Source of the DNA: Escherichia coli
GTDB taxonomy: Bacteria; Pseudomonadota; Gammaproteobacteria; Enterobacterales; Enterobacteriaceae
Assembly: GCF_048403405.1 (NCBI RefSeq)
Contig: NZ_CP183129.1
Length of the DNA stretch: 64,000 bases
Strand: one strand, 5' to 3'
A program made the position numbers and the translations under genes. This document shows, in pieces, positions 24,826-36,783 of this stretch. Within the stretch, counting starts at the first letter, position 1. Every line of letters begins with the position of its first letter. The notes beneath the pieces were generated by a model. The model searched no databases and had not been told where the DNA came from. It was given only the letters and a program-made list of their open reading frames with translations.

Positions 24826-26586
24826 TCAGTTAGCGATAAAACGCTTCTCGTCTGTCAGTACTTGCAATAACAAACTTAACTGTGGTTTTTCATCTTTCAC
24901 TCTTTCACCACGTAAGTTGTAAGTACGGTATTTACCGTTATTGTTCAGCACCAGCGTCTTTTTCGGGGTGGTAATTGCCAGCGTATCGTTATCCGCGGCG
25001 GTAACCCAGTAATGACGGCGTTGAGAGTTGAACAAATCCTGACCTTGCGAATATTCGCTGGCAGGTGTGCTGACATGTAGCAGGCGTTGCATCAGCGTCG
25101 TCATCAGATCGGTATGATCAGTCAGAGCATTAATACGCTGCGCCGGCGTACCTGGCCAGTGAATCACTAATGGCACCTGCAGATGACCGTGGGACCAGTC
25201 AAAGGTTTCTTCCTCTTCGCTCAGCGGAATACCCCGACCGGCAGTGATAATCACCACCGTATTGTCCAGTTTGCCAGAATCACGTAGTGCATTGAGCACG
25301 CGGTTGATCTGGTCATCGACATTGCTTGCCGCCCGGCTATATTTCCGTGCAAATGCCTGCTGATTGCTGTCGTCAATGTTAGTGCCATTGAAAGAAACCC
25401 ACGAGAACCAGCGGTTATCTTCTTGTGCGTAGCGGCCCAGCCAGTTGATCCACTGCGTGGCGGTCTGCTCGTCGGATTGGGTGCGTACGCTCGGCATCGA
25501 GAAATCTGACAACAATGCCTGGCGATACAGCGGGCTGGTAAAGCCATCTGACGAGAATAACCCCAGCTGATAGCCTTGCTGATTAAGCGCAGTAATTAAC
25601 GCCGCAGGCGTACGGGTCGACAGAATGCCGTCCATATAGCTCGGCGAGATGCCATAGAACAGGCCAAAGATGCCGTTGTCTGTAGTGTTGCCGGAGCTCA
25701 TATGGCGCGTGAACGAAATATTTTGCTCAGCAAAACCTGCCAGCGCAGGCATCTGCTTCTCGAAGCGTGAGTAGTTCAGGCCATCGACAGTAATCAACAA
25801 GACATTCTGCCCGGTGCCCATATCGCGATAGCGCAGTTCGCTTAACGGATACTGAACGGAAACGGCGTCTGGATTACCTTGCTCAATGAGACGGCGTTGA
25901 TACTCCTGCGCATCAAGCAGACCATGCTTCTCAAGAAAACGTCGCGCCGTCATCGGGTACGAAAGCGGTAGGTTAGCGCGCTGCATGGTGATCGGGCGAT
26001 AGAAGTTGGCATCGGCCCAGATATACACCACATGCGAGGCGATAAAGGCGATAAATAAGAATGCGGCCAGCGGGCGCGCGAAGCGCCGACGACGCGTCAG
26101 GCTGCGTAGCTTTTGCCAGCTCCACGTCGCAAACACCAGTTCAAGCAATAAAATAACCGGCACGCTGATGAACATCAGCTGCCAGTCGCGCGCCATCTCA
26201 TTTTCGTCTGGGTTGATAACCAGTTGCCAGACGATGGGATTAAGATGGAGATGGAAACGAGTAAAGACTTCGCTATCGATCAGTAATAGCGTCATTCCCG
26301 CCGTTGCCAGAATGACGGACAAAAACCTCATCAGCCTCTGGGAGCCGACGATAAAGGTCAGCGGGAAGAGGATCAGCAAGTAGGTGGCGAACACCAGGAA
26401 GCTGAAATGGCCGATAATGCTTACGTAGGAATAAATGCGACCAGCAAGCGTTGTCGGCCAGTCGGCGATAAACAGGTAACGGCTGCCAATGACGAGCGAA
26501 AGCAGAATATTGAACAGTGCAAACCAGTGCCCCCAACTGACCATCTGGGAGACTTTTTCACGGTAGCGCTGACGATGAGTTACCAT
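24826..26586 (-). CDS. yejM: Inner membrane protein YejM (PbgA/LapC), LPS/cardiolipin homeostasis
   Basis: 586 aa; five N-terminal TM helices plus a periplasmic sulfatase-like domain. Confidence 0.9.
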   Translation of the reverse strand: MVTHRQRYREKVSQMVSWGHWFALFNILLSLVIGSRYLFIADWPTTLAGRIYSYVSIIGHFSFLVFATYLLILFPLTFIVGSQRLMRFLSVILATAGMTLLLIDSEVFTRFHLHLNPIVWQLVINPDENEMARDWQLMFISVPVILLLELVFATWSWQKLRSLTRRRRFARPLAAFLFIAFIASHVVYIWADANFYRPITMQRANLPLSYPMTARRFLEKHGLLDAQEYQRRLIEQGNPDAVSVQYPLSELRYRDMGTGQNVLLITVDGLNYSRFEKQMPALAGFAEQNISFTRHMSSGNTTDNGIFGLFYGISPSYMDGILSTRTPAALITALNQQGYQLGLFSSDGFTSPLYRQALLSDFSMPSVRTQSDEQTATQWINWLGRYAQEDNRWFSWVSFNGTNIDDSNQQAFARKYSRAASNVDDQINRVLNALRDSGKLDNTVVIITAGRGIPLSEEEETFDWSHGHLQVPLVIHWPGTPAQRINALTDHTDLMTTLMQRLLHVSTPASEYSQGQDLFNSQRRHYWVTAADNDTLAITTPKKTLVLNNNGKYRTYNLRGERVKDEKPQLSLLLQVLTDEKRFIAN

Positions 26587-26605
26587 AACCTGTTATCTGT
26601 TTCCC

Positions 26606-26833
26606 TTAGTGCGCTTTGTCTTCGTTGATAGAGGACTGTAAGGCGCGGGCAAAAGAGTTGGCAATTGCCTGGCGTTGGGCCGGGGCAATGCTGGTGTTGA
26701 TAAGGTTAGTGACCATGTTGCCTAACACCATCAGGGAAAGGTCGGTCGGAGCCTTATGTTTTTCCAGTACGTTGAGCAGCTCTGCGAGCAATTGTTCAAC
26801 CTGTTCATCACTGTAGCGGGAAATTTGTGGCAT
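26606..26833 (-). CDS. yejL: UPF0352 protein YejL
   Basis: 75 aa, [20 protein letters not shown]... Confidence 0.85.
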
Positions 26834-27014
26834 AAATCGAAATCAGTTAGTTGATGAAAGGGCAACATATTACCGTAGCAACGGTTTTTTTTCTGCTTTT
26901 TTATGCGTTAAATCATTCTCGTTACGCCGCCTTCTGTAAAATGACCGCCATCTTTTATTGCGTCGCTTAACCGGCGGTGGTTGAATACCGCCCGGTCTTA
27001 AAGGAGAGTTTATC

Positions 27015-28022
27015 ATGAGTCTGGATATCAACCAGATTGCTCTGCACCAGCTTATCAAGCGTGATGAGCAGAACCTTGAGCTGGTGTTGCGCGATTCATT
27101 GCTGGAACCGACAGAAACCGTCGTTGAGATGGTGGCAGAACTGCATCGGGTCTATAGCGCCAAAAATAAAGCTTACGGCTTGTTTAGCGAAGAGAGTGAA
27201 CTGGCGCAGACACTGCGCTTACAGCGTCAGGGCGAAGAGGACTTTCTGGCATTTAGCCGCGCGGCAACCGGTCGCCTGCGTGACGAATTAGCGAAATATC
27301 CTTTTGCTGACGGTGGATTCGTGCTGTTTTGCCACTATCGCTATCTGGCGGTGGAGTATCTGCTGGTGGCAGTTCTGAGCAACCTGAGCAGTATGCGTGT
27401 TAACGAAAATCTCGACATCAACCCAACCCATTATCTTGATATCAATCATGCGGATATTGTTGCGCGTATCGATTTAACCGAGTGGGAAACCAATCCAGAG
27501 TCGACCCGCTATCTCACTTTCCTGAAAGGGCGAGTAGGGCGCAAAGTGGCGGATTTCTTTATGGATTTCCTCGGGGCCAGCGAAGGGTTAAACGCGAAAG
27601 CGCAAAACCGTGGGCTGTTGCAAGCGGTTGATGATTTCACTGCCGAAGCACAACTGGATAAAGCAGAGCGACAGAACGTGCGCCAGCAGGTTTATAGCTA
27701 CTGTAATGAGCAGCTGCAGGCAGGCGAAGAGATTGAACTGGAATCGCTGTCGAAAGAGCTGGCAGGCGTCAGCGAAGTGAGCTTCACGGAGTTTGCGGCT
27801 GAAAAAGGCTACGAACTGGAAGAGAGCTTCCCGGCAGACCGTAGCACACTGCGTCAGTTGACGAAGTTTGCCGGTAGCGGCGGTGGCTTGACTATTAACT
27901 TTGATGCGATGCTGTTAGGTGAACGCATCTTCTGGGATCCAGCAACCGATACCCTGACCATTAAAGGCACGCCGCCGAATTTGCGCGATCAATTGCAGCG
28001 CCGGACGTCTGGCGGCAATTAA
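27015..28022 (+). CDS. yejK: Nucleoid-associated protein YejK (NdpA)
   Basis: 335 aa full-length match. Confidence 0.9.
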
Positions 28023-28028
28023 TCGGTT

Positions 28029-28080
28029 TTGTGTTCTGAATGCCAGATGCGGCGTGAACGCCTTATCTGGCCTGCAAAAA
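28029..28080. repeat. REP element
   Basis: gccagatgcggcgtgaacgccttatctggcctgc, the canonical REP palindrome. Confidence 0.6.
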
Positions 28081-28115
28081 ATAGCAATACCGTAATCAGG
28101 CATATTCTGCAGATA

Positions 28116-28144
28116 CAAAAAACCCCGCCGGAGCGGGGTTTTTT
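28116..28144. terminator. Bidirectional terminator between convergent yejK and rplY
   Basis: aaaaaaccccgccggagcggggtttttt. Confidence 0.75.
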
Positions 28145-28160
28145 ACAACTTATTCAGCAA

Positions 28161-28553
<393 letters not shown>

Positions 28554-28569
28554 TCAATCAAAACTACCA

Positions 28570-30329
28570 TTAACCGCGTAATTCGTGCGCCCGACGAAAA
28601 CGACCTTCGTAATCGAACACTTTTTCACGCACTTGCCAGTACTGACCTTTCATGCGGGCGACGACAAAATCCGGGTGTCGCAGTAATGCTTGCTGGGCGA
28701 GGATATCAGCGGCGGTGATCCAGCGCAGAGGGATGCCCGGTGTGCGCGTATGCGGGCGGATAAAAAGCTGCTCGAAGGCGGTACGCTGAGCGGGCGTTTG
28801 CAGACGGAAACGCTCACTCACATCCGCGCCGTCTTCATCGTAATAGGTGATTTTCAACCATTCGCCTTTCTCGTCGTGCCCATGCTGCAAAGACATGCCG
28901 CTACAGCGTAATACCAGCGCGTCTTTCAGTCGTAGCGCCGCTTTTAACATATCATCCGGATCAACCAGTACGGTGTCACATTCGCGGCAGCGGCGGGCGG
29001 CAATATCGTTTTCCGCGTTACATTGCGGGCAATTTTTAAAACGGAAACGGAAATCACACTGTTCTCGATGACCGTCGTCATCTTCAAACCATCCCTGACA
29101 GCGGCGACCAAAGTGTTCAATCAATGTCCCGTCGGCGGTCGTTTTCCCCAAAAGGTGTTGGCAAAACCGCAGGCAGGGCAGAAAACCTGTACCGGAACGT
29201 TGTCACTTTTGCCTTTCGGTGTACCAACTTCCGGCGCGTAGAGATCGTGAGGGTTACCCGCATAATCAAGAATTAAGCAATCAGTCTTGCCTGGAGCGAG
29301 ACGCAGACCGCGCCCGACAATTTGTTGGTAAAGACTCACCGATTCGGTAGGGCGCAGAATAGCAATAAGATCGACGTGCGGGGCGTCAAATCCAGTGGTC
29401 AGTACCGCGACGTTGACCAGATAGCGAAAACGCTGGGCTTTAAAATCTTCAATTAACACATCGCGCTCAGCGCCGGGTGTGTCGCCAGTAATCAGTGCTG
29501 CATCTTCGGCAGGCAGCAGTCCCACTATCTCCTTGGCGTGTTCAACGGTGGCGGCGAAAATCATCACTCCTTTACGCTTTTCGGCGAACTCCATAATCTG
29601 GCTGATGATGTGCGGGGTAATACGTTGCTGTTTTTTCAGCTCGCGGTTGAGATCGGCTTCGCTGAAAAGCCCGTTACTCTGTGCCTGCAAGCGGCTGAAA
29701 TCGTATTGCACTACTGGCATATCCAGTCGTTCTGGCGGCGTCAGATAGCCGTGTTTAATCATATAACGCAGCGGCAGCTCATAAATGCAGTCACGGAAAA
29801 GGGCTTTCTCATCGCCGCGTACCATGCCGTGATAATGGAACTGGTAGATCCAGCCTTTGCCCAATCGAAAAGGCGTGGCAGTCAGCCCCAGCAGGCGTAA
29901 GTGGGGATTCACTTTTGTCAGGTGAGTGAGGATTTGCTGATACTGGCTCTCTTCATCGTCACCAATACGGTGACATTCATCGACAATCAACAGCGAAAAT
30001 TCACCCTGAAAGGCATCAAGATTACGGGCGACCGACTGCACGCTGCCAAATACCACTTTACCGTGGCTCTCTTTGCGCTTTAGCCCGGCGGCAAAAATAT
30101 CGGCTTCCAGCCCCAGCGCCTGATATTTTGCATGGTTTTGCGCCACCAGTTCTTTAACGTGTGCCAGCACCAGCACGCGACCACGCGCCAGCCGCGCCAG
30201 TTCCGCTATCACCAGGCTTTTACCTGCACCGGTGGGCAGCACGATAACGGCAGGGGTTTTATGACGACGAAAATGGTTGAGCGTGGCATCCACGGCTTCT
30301 TGCTGATATGGGCGGAGTGTAAAAATCAT
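28570..30329 (-). pseudogene. radD: ATP-dependent helicase RadD (YejH), split by a -1 frameshift at a G4A4 run (about 29142-29150)
   Basis: Two adjacent minus-strand ORFs (402 aa and 193 aa) together cover the roughly 586-aa RadD. The upstream ORF ends ...[10 protein letters not shown] where the intact protein reads ...[14 protein letters not shown], and the downstream frame begins [12 protein letters not shown]. Walker A LPTGAGKS and DECH box are present. Confidence 0.8.
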
Positions 30330-30478
30330 GGTCTCGCGTAGGTAGATTATTCTGCTAATAGTATGCCACGGATCTTTTTCCCTTGAGGGAAGTTATTAGA
30401 CCGCTATACTGGGCAGACAACAGTTCAGATTTTCGGGTCATTACCCGACCTCCGTTTTTTACAGGCAAAATCACACAC

Positions 30479-31174
30479 ATGCGACTTGATAAATTTATCG
30501 CACAGCAACTCGGCGTTAGCCGTGCTATTGCCGGGCGTGAAATCCGCGGCAATCGTGTCACCGTCGATGGCGAAATCGTCCGTAATGCAGCGTTCAAACT
30601 GCTCCCTGAACATGATGTCGCTTACGATGGCAACCCGCTGGCGCAGCAACACGGTCCACGTTACTTCATGCTCAATAAACCTCAGGGCTATGTTTGCTCC
30701 ACGGACGACCCGGATCACCCAACGGTGCTCTATTTTCTTGATGAACCGGTAGCGTGGAAACTGCACGCTGCAGGGCGTCTGGATATCGATACCACCGGTC
30801 TGGTACTAATGACAGATGATGGTCAGTGGTCGCACCGCATTACTTCTCCGCGCCATCATTGCGAGAAGACCTATCTGGTGACGCTGGAATCACCCGTAGC
30901 TGACGATACGGCAGAGCAATTTGCTAAAGGCGTGCAGCTGCATAACGAAAAAGATCTCACTAAGCCGGCGGTGCTGGAAGTGATTACCCCAACGCAGGTT
31001 CGTTTGACCATCAGCGAAGGGCGTTATCATCAGGTGAAACGTATGTTCGCCGCCGTGGGTAACCATGTGGTTGAGCTGCATCGTGAACGTATTGGCGGCA
31101 TTACGCTGGATGCTGATTTAGCTCCCGGTGAATATCGTCCGTTAACTGAAGAAGAAATTGCCAGCGTCGTCTAA
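30479..31174 (+). CDS. rsuA: 16S rRNA pseudouridine-516 synthase RsuA
   Basis: 231 aa from the internal ATG ([12 protein letters not shown]...); S4 domain plus pseudouridine synthase domain. Confidence 0.9.
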
Positions 31175-31201
31175 CTTTTCAATGACTTTCAGGAGCCCGT
31201 T

Positions 31202-32392
31202 GTGACCACCCGACAGCATTCGTCGTTTGCTATTGTTTTTATCCTTGGCCTGCTGGCCATGTTGATGCCGCTGTCGATTGATATGTATCTGCCCGCGCTA
31301 CCGGTAATTTCAGCGCAGTTTGGCGTACCGGCAGGCAGTACGCAGATGACCCTCAGTACTTATATTCTGGGCTTTGCGTTGGGGCAGTTAATCTACGGGC
31401 CGATGGCAGACAGCTTCGGGCGTAAGCCGGTGGTTCTTGGCGGTACGCTGGTGTTTGCCGCCGCCGCGGTGGCGTGTGCGTTGGCAAACACCATCGATCA
31501 GCTGATTGTGATGCGTTTCTTCCACGGGCTGGCTGCGGCTGCGGCCAGCGTGGTCATTAATGCCCTGATGCGCGATATTTACCCGAAAGAAGAGTTCTCG
31601 CGGATGATGTCGTTTGTCATGCTGGTGACCACTATTGCACCGTTGATGGCACCGATTGTCGGCGGTTGGGTGCTGGTGTGGCTGAGCTGGCATTACATCT
31701 TCTGGATCCTGGCATTAGCGGCGATTCTGGCTTCGGCAATGATTTTCTTCCTGATTAAAGAAACGTTGCCGCCAGAGCGTCGTCAGCCATTTCACATTCG
31801 TACCACTATTGGTAACTTTGCGGCGCTGTTCCGTCATAAGCGTGTCCTGAGTTATATGCTTGCCAGTGGTTTCAGCTTTGCCGGGATGTTCTCGTTCTTA
31901 AGCGCCGGACCGTTTGTCTACATTGAAATTAACCACGTCGCGCCGGAAAACTTTGGTTATTACTTTGCGCTAAACATTGTTTTCCTGTTCGTGATGACTA
32001 TCTTTAACAGCCGCTTCGTCCGCCGAATTGGCGCGTTAAATATGTTCCGCTCGGGGTTGTGGATACAGTTTATTATGGCGGCGTGGATGGTCATCAGTGC
32101 GCTGCTGGGGCTGGGATTCTGGTCGCTGGTGGTTGGCGTTGCGGCGTTTGTGGGCTGCGTGTCGATGGTGTCATCTAATGCGATGGCGGTCATTCTTGAT
32201 GAGTTTCCCCATATGGCGGGAACGGCATCTTCGCTGGCAGGAACCTTCCGTTTCGGCATAGGGGCAATTGTTGGCGCATTACTTTCTCTTGCGACCTTTA
32301 ACTCTGCATGGCCGATGATTTGGTCAATTGCATTCTGCGCAACCAGCTCCATTCTCTTCTGTCTGTACGCCAGTCGGCCGAAAAAACGGTGA
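31202..32392 (+). CDS. bcr: MFS efflux transporter Bcr (bicyclomycin/multidrug)
   Basis: 396 aa, 12-TM MFS; GTG start. Confidence 0.9.
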
Positions 32393-32724
32393 TCTATTGC
32401 ACAACGAGGAAGCTAAAAGGCTTCCTTTGTTGATGCATGTCAACCACAAATCCATCATTCCCCCGATATATGTTTATTTTATGTAAAATCAATTTATGTA
32501 AAAAGTCACATCATTGTAGTTAAAAAGGTTGAGTTAGATCGCAGAAACGGGTACATATAGCCCCGCAAACGTGACCACGCCCGCAGATATTATTTAAATC
32601 AGAGCCATAGAGGCCACGCTGGCGAGGCATCAATCTTTACGATCTGTATAAAGACGGATTGTTGATGATGTGTTAAAATTGATGTAAATAAATTGTGAAG
32701 TAAATGTGCTTCCGGGGAAAATAA

Positions 32725-33069
32725 GTGACTTCATTACAACTCTCAATCGTCCATCGACTGCCGCAGAACTATCGCTGGTCTGCTGGTTTCGCAGGTTCGA
32801 AGGTTGAACCGATTCCGCAAAATGGACCGTGCGGTGACAACAGCCTGGTGGCGCTTAAATTGCTTAGCCCGGATGGTGATAATGCATGGTCGGTGATGTA
32901 CAAACTCAGCCAGGCGTTAAGCGACATCGAAGTTCCATGTTCGGTACTGGAGTGTGAAGGTGAGCCGTGCCTGTTTGTAAATCGCCAGGACGAGTTTGCT
33001 GCAACATGCCGATTGAAAAATTTTGGTGTGGCAATTGCCGAACCCTTCTCAAACTACAATCCTTTTTAA
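32725..33069 (+). CDS. yejG: Uncharacterized protein YejG
   Basis: 114 aa full-length match; GTG start. Confidence 0.8.
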
Positions 33070-33072
33070 GCG

Positions 33073-34662
33073 TCAGCTCAACGCCAGTAGCTGACGCGTA
33101 TACTCCTGCTGCGGTGCGGCAAACACGCGCGCGCACGGTCCTTGTTCCACTACTTCCCCTTGTCGCAGTACGATAACCTGATGACATAACGCGCGGACAA
33201 CGTGCAAATCGTGACTGATAAACAAATAGGCCAGTTGATGCTTTTGTTGCAATGATTTCAATAGCGTCAATATTTGCGCCTGTACCGTTTTGTCGAGCGA
33301 TGATGTTGGTTCATCAAGAATGATCAGCGAGGGCTTAAGAATTAACGCCCTGGCAATCGCAATACGTTGCCGCTGACCACCAGAGAACTCCGCCGGATAA
33401 CGGTGGCGTGTTTCAGGATCTAATCCCACTTCATGCATCACGGCTATCACTTGTTGTTCGCGTTGTGCGGCAGAAAGCGTCGGCTGGTGAACCCGTAAGC
33501 CTTCCTCAATAATCTGCAAAACGTTGAGTCGTGGGTTGAGCGAGGAGTTTGGATCCTGAAATACCACCTGAATGCGATGACGAATAGGTAACAGCTGGCG
33601 ACGATTTAAATTTTGCAGTGGCTGACCGTCAAAGATAATGCTGCCCTGAGAGTTAATCAGTCGCAGCAGCGCCAGTCCCGTCGTGCTTTTCCCGGAACCT
33701 GACTCGCCTACTAAACCCAGTGTTTCACCCGCTCGTAGCGTAAAACTGATGTTTTTCACCACCACATTATGATCCACAATGCGCTTCAAAATCCCTTTGC
33801 GAATGGGGAAGGCAACCTGAAGCTGTTCAACATCCAGCAACGTTGAGGCAGGTTCTGGCAATGGTACCGGGTCGCCTGACGGTTCACTGTTGAGTAGCTT
33901 TTGTGTGTAAGGATGAGTGGGTGAGGCAAATAGCGTAGCGGCGTTATTTTGCTCGACACAGCGACCGTTTTGCATTACCGCCACGCGATGGGCCAGTTTT
34001 CTGACAATGCTGAGGTTATGAGTAATAAACAGCATACCCATATTCAGCTCGCCTTGCAGTTCGCGCAACAGCTGTAAAATTTGCGCCTGAACAGAGACGT
34101 CCAGTGCGGTGGTTGGTTCATCGGCAATTAATAATTCAGGTCGCGTTAACAGCGCCATCGCAATCATCACCCGCTGGCGTTCGCCGCCGGAGAGCTGATG
34201 CGGATAATCTGTCAGCCGTTTTGCCGCCTGGCGGATACCGACGCGATCAAGGCAGTTAAGAATTTCGCCACGAGCCGCTTCCCGACGCATCCCGCGGTGG
34301 AGTGAAAGCACTTCATAAAGCTGTTTTTCCAGGGTATGCAATGGATTTAATGACACCATCGGCTCCTGAAAAATCATGGCGATCTTATTACCGCGTACAC
34401 CGCGCAACGTTTGATCGCTGGCATGAAGCAGCGATTCGCCATGAAAACGAATATCGCCGGAGAGATATTCAACCGGCGGGGAAGGGAGCAGGCGTAAAAT
34501 TGACAGCGCGGTAACGCTTTTGCCTGAACCTGACTCACCCACCAGCGCCAGCGTTTCGCCAGCCTCAATCTGAAGTGAAACATCATTGACTACTGTACGT
34601 ACGGTTTGCTGATGGCGAAAACCCACCGACAAATTTTCAATCGCTAACAGAGTTTGCGTCAT
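33073..34662 (-). CDS. yejF: ABC transporter ATPase YejF (two ATP-binding domains), microcin C / peptide uptake
   Basis: 529 aa from the internal ATG ([13 protein letters not shown]...); two Walker A motifs (GESGSGKS twice). Confidence 0.9.
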   Translation of the reverse strand: MTQTLLAIENLSVGFRHQQTVRTVVNDVSLQIEAGETLALVGESGSGKSVTALSILRLLPSPPVEYLSGDIRFHGESLLHASDQTLRGVRGNKIAMIFQEPMVSLNPLHTLEKQLYEVLSLHRGMRREAARGEILNCLDRVGIRQAAKRLTDYPHQLSGGERQRVMIAMALLTRPELLIADEPTTALDVSVQAQILQLLRELQGELNMGMLFITHNLSIVRKLAHRVAVMQNGRCVEQNNAATLFASPTHPYTQKLLNSEPSGDPVPLPEPASTLLDVEQLQVAFPIRKGILKRIVDHNVVVKNISFTLRAGETLGLVGESGSGKSTTGLALLRLINSQGSIIFDGQPLQNLNRRQLLPIRHRIQVVFQDPNSSLNPRLNVLQIIEEGLRVHQPTLSAAQREQQVIAVMHEVGLDPETRHRYPAEFSGGQRQRIAIARALILKPSLIILDEPTSSLDKTVQAQILTLLKSLQQKHQLAYLFISHDLHVVRALCHQVIVLRQGEVVEQGPCARVFAAPQQEYTRQLLALS

Positions 34663-34663
34663 G

Positions 34664-35689
34664 CTACACCGCCTTATTAGGATCAAATGCGTCGCGGACG
34701 GCTTCACCAATAAAGATCAGCAAAGACAACAATATCGCCACCGACAAGAAGGCGGTGATCCCAAGCCACGGGGCCTGAAGGTTATTTTTCCCTTGTAACA
34801 GCAGTTCGCCGAGTGACGGTGAACCGAGCGGCAGACCGAAGCCGAGGAAATCGAGTGAGGTCAGGGTGGTGATCGAACTACATAAAATAAACGGTAAAAA
34901 GGTGAGGGTAGCGACCATGGCATTTGGCAACATATGACGCAGGATGATACTGCGATCGCTGACGCCAAGCGCCTGCGCCGCGCGGATGTAGTCGAAATTA
35001 CGGGTACGTAAAAACTCCGCCCGCACCACGCCGACCAGACTCATCCAGCCAAACAAGACGGTAATTGCCAACAGCCACCAGAAGTTAGGCTGTACGACGC
35101 TGGAAAGTAAAATAATCAAAAACAGCGTCGGCATCCCCGACCATACTTCAATAAAACGTTGCCCCCAGAGATCGACTTTACCGCCGTAATAGCCTTGTAG
35201 CGCCCCCGCCAGCACGCCCATCACGCTGGAGCAGAGGGTCAGCATCAGGCCAAACAGAACTGAGATCCGCGTGCCATAGAGAATACGTGCCAGCACATCG
35301 CCGCCATTGGCATCCGTTCCCAGCCAGTTTTGCCGGGAGGGTGGGGAGGGGAAGGGCTTGTCGGTAGAAAAGTTGATACTGGTAGCGCCAAAGCGAATCG
35401 GTGCCCATAGTACCCAGCCTTTATCTTCCAACCGCTGTTTCAGCCACGGGTCCTGATAATCAGCCTGGCTTGCCAGCGGGCCGCCAAAATCGCTTTCGCT
35501 GTAGTTTTTCAACAACGGGAAATACCAACTGCCGTCATAACGTACCAGCAACGGTTTATCGTTGGCGATCAGTTCAGAACACAAACTCAAACCAAACAAA
35601 ACGAGGAAAATCCATAACGACCAGTAGCCGCGACGGTTATGACGAAAACGCGCCCAACGGGCCTGATTGACGGGGCTGAGTCGCGACAT
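34664..35689 (-). CDS. yejE: ABC transporter permease YejE
   Basis: 341 aa, polytopic membrane protein with an ABC permease fold. Confidence 0.9.
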   Translation of the reverse strand: MSRLSPVNQARWARFRHNRRGYWSLWIFLVLFGLSLCSELIANDKPLLVRYDGSWYFPLLKNYSESDFGGPLASQADYQDPWLKQRLEDKGWVLWAPIRFGATSINFSTDKPFPSPPSRQNWLGTDANGGDVLARILYGTRISVLFGLMLTLCSSVMGVLAGALQGYYGGKVDLWGQRFIEVWSGMPTLFLIILLSSVVQPNFWWLLAITVLFGWMSLVGVVRAEFLRTRNFDYIRAAQALGVSDRSIILRHMLPNAMVATLTFLPFILCSSITTLTSLDFLGFGLPLGSPSLGELLLQGKNNLQAPWLGITAFLSVAILLSLLIFIGEAVRDAFDPNKAV

Positions 35690-36783
35690 TAACGTCCCTC
35701 AAAATCTATACGCGGATCGACCAGCGTATAGCTGATATCACTGACAATATTCAGCAGCAGGCCAATCAGGGTGAAAATATACAAGGTACCAAACATTACA
35801 GGATAATCGCGCGAGACGGTCGCTTCGTAGCCCAGTAAGCCAAGACCATTGAGTGAAAACATCACCTCAATCAGCAGCGAGCCGGTAAAAAACATGCTGA
35901 TAAACGTCGCCGGAAAACCGGCAATCACCAGCAGCATGGCGTTGCGGAACACATGTTTCCAGAGAATATTTTTTTCACTTACCCCTTTCGCACGGGCGGT
36001 CACCACGTATTGCTTGCGCACTTCATCAAGGAATGAGTTTTTTGTCAGCATGGTCAGCGCCGCAAAGCCGCCAATCACTGTCGCCAGCACCGGCAGCGTG
36101 ATATGCCACAGATAATCGGTGATTTTCTGATACCACGGCAGCGAATCAAAGTTAGCGGAAACCAGGCCGCGTAGAGGGAACAGGTCGAAATAGCTGCCGC
36201 CTGCGAAGAAGACAATCAGCAGGATGGCAAACAAAAAGGCCGGAATGGCGTAGCCGATGATGATAAATGCACTACTCCAGACGTCAAAGCGACTACCATT
36301 ATAAACAGCTTTGCGAATGCCTAACGGAATCGACACCAGATAGATAATCAGCGTGCTCCATAATCCGAGGGTGATGGAAACCGGCAGACTATCTTTAATC
36401 AGCGTCAGTACCGAGGCGCTGCGAAAAAGGCTGTCGCCAAAATCAAAGCGGATGTAGTCCCAGAGCATTTTGAAGTAACGTTCGTGGATCGGCTTATCGA
36501 AACCGTAGCGATGAGTGATCTCGGCGATCACTTCTGGATCTAATCCGCGTCCGCCACGGTAATTACTGTCGCTGATATTGCCGACGCCCGTTTGCGCATG
36601 GCTGGCGCGAACACCTTCACCGCCTGCGCCGGGTAATACTCCGGCATTACCAAACTCAATGGCGGCGATGGCCTGGTCGACCGGACCGCCAGGCGCAATT
36701 TGCACGATGAAAAAGTTGATAGTGATAATCGCCCATAACGTTGGGATCACCAGCAACAGACGGCGAATCAGATAAGCGCCCAT
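35689..36783 (-). CDS. yejB: ABC transporter permease YejB
   Basis: 364 aa, DppB-like permease. Confidence 0.9.

Noticed and set aside
24573-24826. tRNA-Pro as the attachment site of an integrated element.
   Set aside because: No integrase, no duplicated tRNA 3' end acting as a direct repeat, and the flanking genes yejO and yejM are contiguous; only yejO's AT-richness hints at old acquisition (see the yejO finding).
29121-29151. Programmed ribosomal frameshift in radD.
   Set aside because: The overlap is at a plain G4A4 run with no recognisable slippery heptamer or downstream stimulatory structure, so a mutation or sequencing indel is more parsimonious.
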